Assembly (NCBI GenBank): GCA_015062235.1
Contig: SUUZ01000006.1
Location: 11,258 to 75,257, forward strand
Reading direction: 5' to 3'
DNA from: Alphaproteobacteria bacterium
GTDB lineage: Bacteria; Pseudomonadota; Alphaproteobacteria; RF32; CAG-239
DNA: 64,000 bases
In this document: one piece after another, positions 59,715 through 64,000 of the stretch
Numbering within the stretch: position 1 is the first letter of the stretch
Layout: each line of letters starts with the position of its first letter
Notes under the pieces: generated by a model
Told to the model about the DNA's origin: nothing
Databases searched by the model: none
Seen by the model: the letters and a program-made list of their open reading frames with translations, nothing else
Translations under genes and position numbers: made by a program

Positions 59715-61190
59715 TTATACCCCTATGCGTTCTGGTAGATATTCTTCACGTGCAAGATTACCAAATTGAGCATAATCGCCATTCCAAAATAGTTGAACAG
59801 TTCCTGTGGGACCGTGTCGTTGTTTACCAATGATAACTTCACCAATATTTTTTGTAGCTCTTACACGAGCTTCCCATTCATCTATTCTTTTTTGTAAATG
59901 TTCAGGTGTTTCACCTGATTTGGGCTTAGGTTCTTCGTTTTGAATATAATAATTCTCGCGAAAAACAAACATAACAATATCAGCGTCTTGTTCTATAGAT
60001 CCAGATTCTCTTAGATCAGACATTAAAGGTCTTTTGTCATCGCGACTTTCAACGCCGCGATTGAGTTGAGATAAAGCTATTACAGGAACTTGTAGTTCTT
60101 TCGCTAAAATTTTTAATCCTCGCGAAATTTCAGAAAGTTCTTGAACTCTGTTTCCTTCATTTTTTTTATTGCCAGTACCATTAATGAGTTGGATGTAATC
60201 AATAACTATTAATCCTAATCCTTTATTGCGTTTTAAGCGGCGAGCTCGGGTTCGTATTGCATTAATATTAAGCCCTGGTGTGTCGTCTATAAATAAGGGG
60301 ATCTGTTCAAGTTCGCGAACGGCAGCAGCAATACGAGTGAACTCAGCGTTATCAAGTTCCCCTGTACGCATTTTATGTCCATTTGTTTGTGTAACCGTTG
60401 ATAAAATTCGGGATGCAAGTTGGTCCGCAGACATTTCAAGGGAGAAAAATGCAACTCCACGATTTTTTATAGGGGTATTTTTGTTGTGAGCAAAAAAATC
60501 TGCAACATTGTAAGCAATGTTTGTTGCTAATGCTGTTTTTCCCATAGCGGGGCGTCCAGCCAATATTATTAAGTCAGAATCGTTAAGTCCACCAGTTTTT
60601 GCATCAAGAGCATCTAGTCCTGTTGGGACTCCTGATATTTTACCTTCTTTTTGATATGCAGATTCTATACGTTTTACAGAATCGGTTAAAGCTGTTGCAA
60701 AATCTATAAAACCCGTTTGAGTTTCTCCTTGATTAGCAAGATCAAAAAGACGTTTTTCAGCATTTTCGATTTGCTCGGAAGCATCGCTATCAATATCTTC
60801 TTTTGTTGCATTATTTACAATTTCAAATCCTGTGGCTATTAATTCTCGTCGTAAATATTTATCATATATAAATTGTGCATAGTACTCGGCGTTGGTAAGA
60901 GGTGTTGCAGAATCGGCTAATTTGATGAGATATTTATAGCCACCGACTTCTTCGAGAGATCCATCTTGTTCAAAATAGTTTTTAAGAGTTATAGTGTCTG
61001 CAACATGACCTTTTGTTATTAATTTTGATATGATTTCATAGATTTTAGCATGAATTGGGTCTGCAAAATGATCTGATCTTAGAAACTCAGAAACCTTTTC
61101 AAAAGTTTTATTGTTGGCGAGTATTGCGCCAATCAAAGCTTGCTCTGCTTCAATATTTTTAGGTAATTGTTCTGGTTGCAAATTTTCCAT
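59715..61190 (-). CDS. dnaB: replicative DNA helicase DnaB
   Basis: N-terminal IEAEQALIGAIL. Walker A AGRPAMGKTALA. RecA-like C-terminal domain. 491 aa. Confidence 0.95.
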   Translation of the reverse strand: MENLQPEQLPKNIEAEQALIGAILANNKTFEKVSEFLRSDHFADPIHAKIYEIISKLITKGHVADTITLKNYFEQDGSLEEVGGYKYLIKLADSATPLTNAEYYAQFIYDKYLRRELIATGFEIVNNATKEDIDSDASEQIENAEKRLFDLANQGETQTGFIDFATALTDSVKRIESAYQKEGKISGVPTGLDALDAKTGGLNDSDLIILAGRPAMGKTALATNIAYNVADFFAHNKNTPIKNRGVAFFSLEMSADQLASRILSTVTQTNGHKMRTGELDNAEFTRIAAAVRELEQIPLFIDDTPGLNINAIRTRARRLKRNKGLGLIVIDYIQLINGTGNKKNEGNRVQELSEISRGLKILAKELQVPVIALSQLNRGVESRDDKRPLMSDLRESGSIEQDADIVMFVFRENYYIQNEEPKPKSGETPEHLQKRIDEWEARVRATKNIGEVIIGKQRHGPTGTVQLFWNGDYAQFGNLAREEYLPERIGV

Positions 61191-61345
61191 TTGTTGGAGT
61201 CCTTTTGAAGAAAGTTATTTGTCTTTGTATACCAATAAAATATCAAAACTCAAAAGCTTTTTGCTAAATGAAAAACAAGGACTGTGAATATTGGGGATAA
61301 AAAAGCTCCGCTAGGTTGATAGCGGAGCTTAAAGAAACTTAAAAA

Positions 61346-61636
61346 CTATTTAGCAGAAGCTTTTTTCTTTGCGATAGCTTTTTTGATTTTTTTAGCTTCA
61401 TCTGTTAGTTTGTTGCTTGATGTGTTTTCAAGATAAGAATCTAAACCACCATTATGCTCAATAGTACGTAATGTTTTAGAACAAACCTTTAATTTGAAAA
61501 CTTTTCCTAAAACATCACTCAACAAAGAAACGATTTGCAAGTTAGGCAAAAAACGACGACGAGTACGGTTGTTAGCGTGGCTAACATTGTTACCACTCAT
61601 AGCGCCGATGCCTGAAATATCACATTTTCTAGCCAT
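61346..61636 (-). CDS. rpmB: 50S ribosomal protein L28
   Basis: MARKCDISGIGAMSGNNVSHANNRTRRRFLPNLQ is a typical L28 N-terminus. 96 aa. Confidence 0.8.
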   Translation of the reverse strand: MARKCDISGIGAMSGNNVSHANNRTRRRFLPNLQIVSLLSDVLGKVFKLKVCSKTLRTIEHNGGLDSYLENTSSNKLTDEAKKIKKAIAKKKASAK

Positions 61637-61798
61637 TGTTTTAATTCCTTTTTATAAAAACTCGTTGCCCTTTAATACATATTATTGGCTGAATAGTCAA
61701 GAGAAATTTTGCTTTGAAGCTTTTTTTATTAAGGATTTTATAAATTTTACTGGAATTTTCAATAAAAGAGGTGTAGTTAGAAAATGTTTTGGTAAAAT

Positions 61799-61875
61799 GT
61801 ACCCGTAGCTCAGATGGATAGAGTATCAGCTTCCGACGCTGAGGGTCGAGGGTTCGAATCCCCCCGGGTACGCCA
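61799..61875 (+). tRNA. tRNA-Arg (anticodon CCG)
   Basis: Manual cloverleaf: acceptor GTACCCG/CGGGTAC. D-arm GCTC-AGATGGATA-GAGT. Anticodon arm TCAGC-TTCCGAC-GCTGA. T-arm with TTCGAAT loop. Encoded CCA. Confidence 0.85.
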
Positions 61876-61915
61876 AAAAAGCACCTTTAAAAAAAATAAA
61901 GGTGCTTTTTGATTT
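61876..61915. terminator. bidirectional rho-independent terminator after tRNA-Arg(CCG) / dps
   Basis: AAAGCACCTTT ... AAAGGTGCTTT hairpin followed by TTTTTGATTTT. Confidence 0.6.
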
Positions 61916-61927
61916 TGAGTTGTTAAA

Positions 61928-62398
61928 TTATTCAAAATCTCGAGGTTCTTCTTCTAATATAGCTCTCATCATCCAAGAATTTTTTGCATAATTTTTTAGG
62001 TAGTCTTCCATGAGGTTTACTATTAAAAAATTTCCTTGTGTACTAGCTTCTTCTCGGGCTTTATTAGCTTGATTTATTATTTTGTCATAATCATTATTTA
62101 ATATTTCTAACACCTCATCTGTTTGATAAGGTCTGCTTTCAACTTCTTCTATGTTTGTGTTGTTTTTATAATCGGTGATTCGAGCGAAAGGAAATTGATT
62201 ATGCATTTTCATTATTTCTGCTACTTCATCAAATTGTTCTTGTATCATTTCATAAATTTTTTCCGTCATTTTGTGAATAGATTTAAATTCTGTTCCAACG
62301 ACATTCCAGTGTAAATTGTGTACTTTAATATTCATTACAGCTAAATCAGCCAAGAAAATATTAAGTTCTTTATATTTTGAAACCATTTTTTTCTCCAT
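61928..62398 (-). CDS. dps: Dps (DNA-binding ferritin-like protein)
   Basis: Ferritin-like four-helix motifs HWNVVG...F..H...E...E. 156 aa. Confidence 0.8.
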   Translation of the reverse strand: MEKKMVSKYKELNIFLADLAVMNIKVHNLHWNVVGTEFKSIHKMTEKIYEMIQEQFDEVAEIMKMHNQFPFARITDYKNNTNIEEVESRPYQTDEVLEILNNDYDKIINQANKAREEASTQGNFLIVNLMEDYLKNYAKNSWMMRAILEEEPRDFE

Positions 62399-62497
62399 AT
62401 TAAATAAATTTTATCCATTTATATAAATAATGTTGGGAAAATATTTTTTTAGAACTATAAGTCGAAAAGATAGTGTCTATAATAGAGGGCAAGATAG

Positions 62498-62932
62498 ATG
62501 AGTGATAAAATTTATATTGAATGGTCTGATTTTCATCAAGATGTTAAGTTTTTATGTCAAAAAATAAAAGAGAGCGGAAGTTATAATAGGATTATTGCTG
62601 TGAGTAGAGGGGGGATGATTCCTGCAGGCATTATATCGTATGAATTAAGTATTCGTAATACAAATGTGATAAATATGGTTACATATGTTGGAAATAAACA
62701 TCTTGAGATTAGTGAAGTTGAAGGGGTTGATGTTATTGGTGATGTAGATGAAAAAACGTTGATTATTGACGATTTAACCGATAGCGGTCAAACATTTAGA
62801 GTGTTACGTAAATATTTTTCTAAAGCAAAATTTGTTTCTGTTTATGCCAAGAAAGAAGGAGAGCCAGAGGTGGATATTGTAGCAAGAAAGCTTCCTAATA
62901 ATTGGGTGGTTTTTCCTTGGGATGTTGATTAA
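62498..62932 (+). CDS. gpt: xanthine-guanine phosphoribosyltransferase
   Basis: PRTase motif LIIDDLTDSGQT. N-terminal IEWSDFHQDV typical of Gpt. 144 aa. Confidence 0.8.
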   Translation: MSDKIYIEWSDFHQDVKFLCQKIKESGSYNRIIAVSRGGMIPAGIISYELSIRNTNVINMVTYVGNKHLEISEVEGVDVIGDVDEKTLIIDDLTDSGQTFRVLRKYFSKAKFVSVYAKKEGEPEVDIVARKLPNNWVVFPWDVD

Positions 62933-63020
62933 TTTTTATAATTGACAGAATTTCGTAAAAATGATATATTTGTTTTGATAAAATTATATTTTGTTTTCTA
63001 ATTTAATAAACTATTAAACT

Positions 63021-63590
63021 ATGAAAAAAATTTTGGTTTTACACTGGAGTGCTTTGCAGGAAAGCTCCTTGTCGGTCATCCATGAATGTTATTTAGCTGC
63101 GTTTGCCGCAATTGGATGTGATCGTTCTACAACGTGGGTATTGGAGGATACAGCTGAGCGCATAGGAGTTCCTCCCGAGGTCACTTGGAGTTCAGAGAGG
63201 TTGTGGCATGGTCGTGCTGCGGAAGCTAAAGAGGCTTTTTATGCAAAGTTTAAGGAGTTTTCAACGCTTCCTTTGCGTAAGGGTGCTAAGGAAATGATGC
63301 TTAAGCTCGCTGAAGAAGGTCAGAAGTTCTGTATTGTGTCCATGAAGACACGAGAGCTCATGTTGAAGGAAATCGGCAGGCTCGGCGTTGCGGCTTTGGC
63401 TCAGGCCTATTTTGCTCCAGCAGAGGGCGAGAAACCATTTAAAGAAGAGCTTTTGCTTAAAGCGGAAGACTTTTTTGGTTCAGATAATGAGTTTGTCTTT
63501 GTAGGAGATGCTCGCTATAAAGAGGCTGTAGAGGGACTGAGATGGCGTTTTGTAGAGGCTTCAGAGGAAGTTTTTGCAACAATTAAGTAA
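63021..63590 (+). CDS. hypothetical protein, compositionally atypical (GC-rich) – probable horizontally acquired gene
   Basis: Visibly higher GC and GC3 than all neighbours. Possible HAD-like C-terminal motif FVFVGDARYKE. Hairpin terminator downstream. Confidence 0.4.
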   Translation: MKKILVLHWSALQESSLSVIHECYLAAFAAIGCDRSTTWVLEDTAERIGVPPEVTWSSERLWHGRAAEAKEAFYAKFKEFSTLPLRKGAKEMMLKLAEEGQKFCIVSMKTRELMLKEIGRLGVAALAQAYFAPAEGEKPFKEELLLKAEDFFGSDNEFVFVGDARYKEAVEGLRWRFVEASEEVFATIK

Positions 63591-63624
63591 AAAATGATAA
63601 GTTTTTTGGCCTAGTATGTTAGTA

Positions 63625-64000
63625 CTAGGCTTTTTTTGTTAATTTATTGTCTAAACGATCTTCTTCTATACCAACGGGATCTTGATGAATTATTATTTGA
63701 GAATTTGGATAAACTTTCTTTATTAAAAATTCGATTTCTTCAGTATATTTGTGTGCTGTATATAAGTTTAAATTTCCATCCAATTCTAGATGAAATTCGA
63801 AAAGGTAGCAGCCTCCCAAATCACGAGAACGTAAATCGTGGATTTTTGGGGATAGAGGGTGTGACGCAATGATATCAAAAATTGATAAACGTATATTGTT
63901 ATTAAGTTCTCTATCTAAGAGTAAATTGATAGCTTCAAGTCCAAGTTTGTACGCGTTATATAAGAGATATGTAGATATAGCACCAGCAATTAAAGGGTCT
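63625..64000 (-). CDS. cation diffusion facilitator (CDF) family transporter, C-terminal part (gene continues beyond window)
   Basis: Minus-strand ORF is open to the window edge (…DPLIAGAISTYLL…). C-terminal cytoplasmic domain motifs IHDLRSRDLGG…HLELDG…IIIHQDP are typical of CDF proteins. Confidence 0.55.
   Translation of the reverse strand, partial: DPLIAGAISTYLLYNAYKLGLEAINLLLDRELNNNIRLSIFDIIASHPLSPKIHDLRSRDLGGCYLFEFHLELDGNLNLYTAHKYTEEIEFLIKKVYPNSQIIIHQDPVGIEEDRLDNKLTKKA

Noticed and set aside
62400-62497. Purine riboswitch upstream of gpt
   Set aside because: No recognisable guanine-riboswitch P1/P2/P3 junction consensus could be read from the sequence, so it was not called.

Overview
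AT-rich chromosomal window of roughly 30-35% GC, judged by eye rather than computed. By gene order it looks like an origin-proximal stretch of an alphaproteobacterial chromosome, possibly Rhizobiales-like or a host-associated lineage; I cannot assign a taxon from sequence alone. A conserved housekeeping backbone accounts for most of it: rppH, cvpA, radA, mlaFE, tsaE, parBA, rsmG, mnmG, mnmE, rho, coaE, dnaQ, dksA, maf, rng, yacG, rluD, rpoH, dnaB, rpmB, dps and gpt. Three accessory regions interrupt that backbone. (1) A roughly 13.5-kb genomic island at 43734-57205 sits inside a host tRNA-Arg(CCT) gene, splitting it within the anticodon arm. It is bounded by 20-bp direct repeats and carries arm-like GGTGCCTCA tandem repeats near both ends. 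It encodes a P4-type tyrosine integrase, an Xis-like HTH protein, its own intact replacement tRNA-Arg(CCT), and a 1613-aa Type ISP restriction-modification enzyme with a translationally coupled unknown partner. It also carries a serine recombinase next to a Fic (class II) gene cassette bracketed by 70-bp direct repeats, an iteron-like repeat array, an ankyrin-repeat protein and several unknown proteins. (2) A TerY-P-like triad (vWA protein, PP2C phosphatase, Hanks Ser/Thr kinase) at 39074-41954 lies next to a pseudokinase operon and a degenerate GGDEF protein. (3) A roughly 7.3-kb block at 25300-32590 sits between the conserved yacG and rluD-rpoH genes. It encodes a VirD4/TraG-type coupling ATPase with an acidic C-terminal tail and five uncharacterised proteins, two of which have paralogous N-terminal membrane domains; no other T4SS components are in the window. 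A GC-rich (clearly above background) ORF at 63021-63590 looks foreign. Several clean bidirectional rho-independent terminators are visible. No CRISPR arrays, rRNA genes, transposases or phage structural genes were found.
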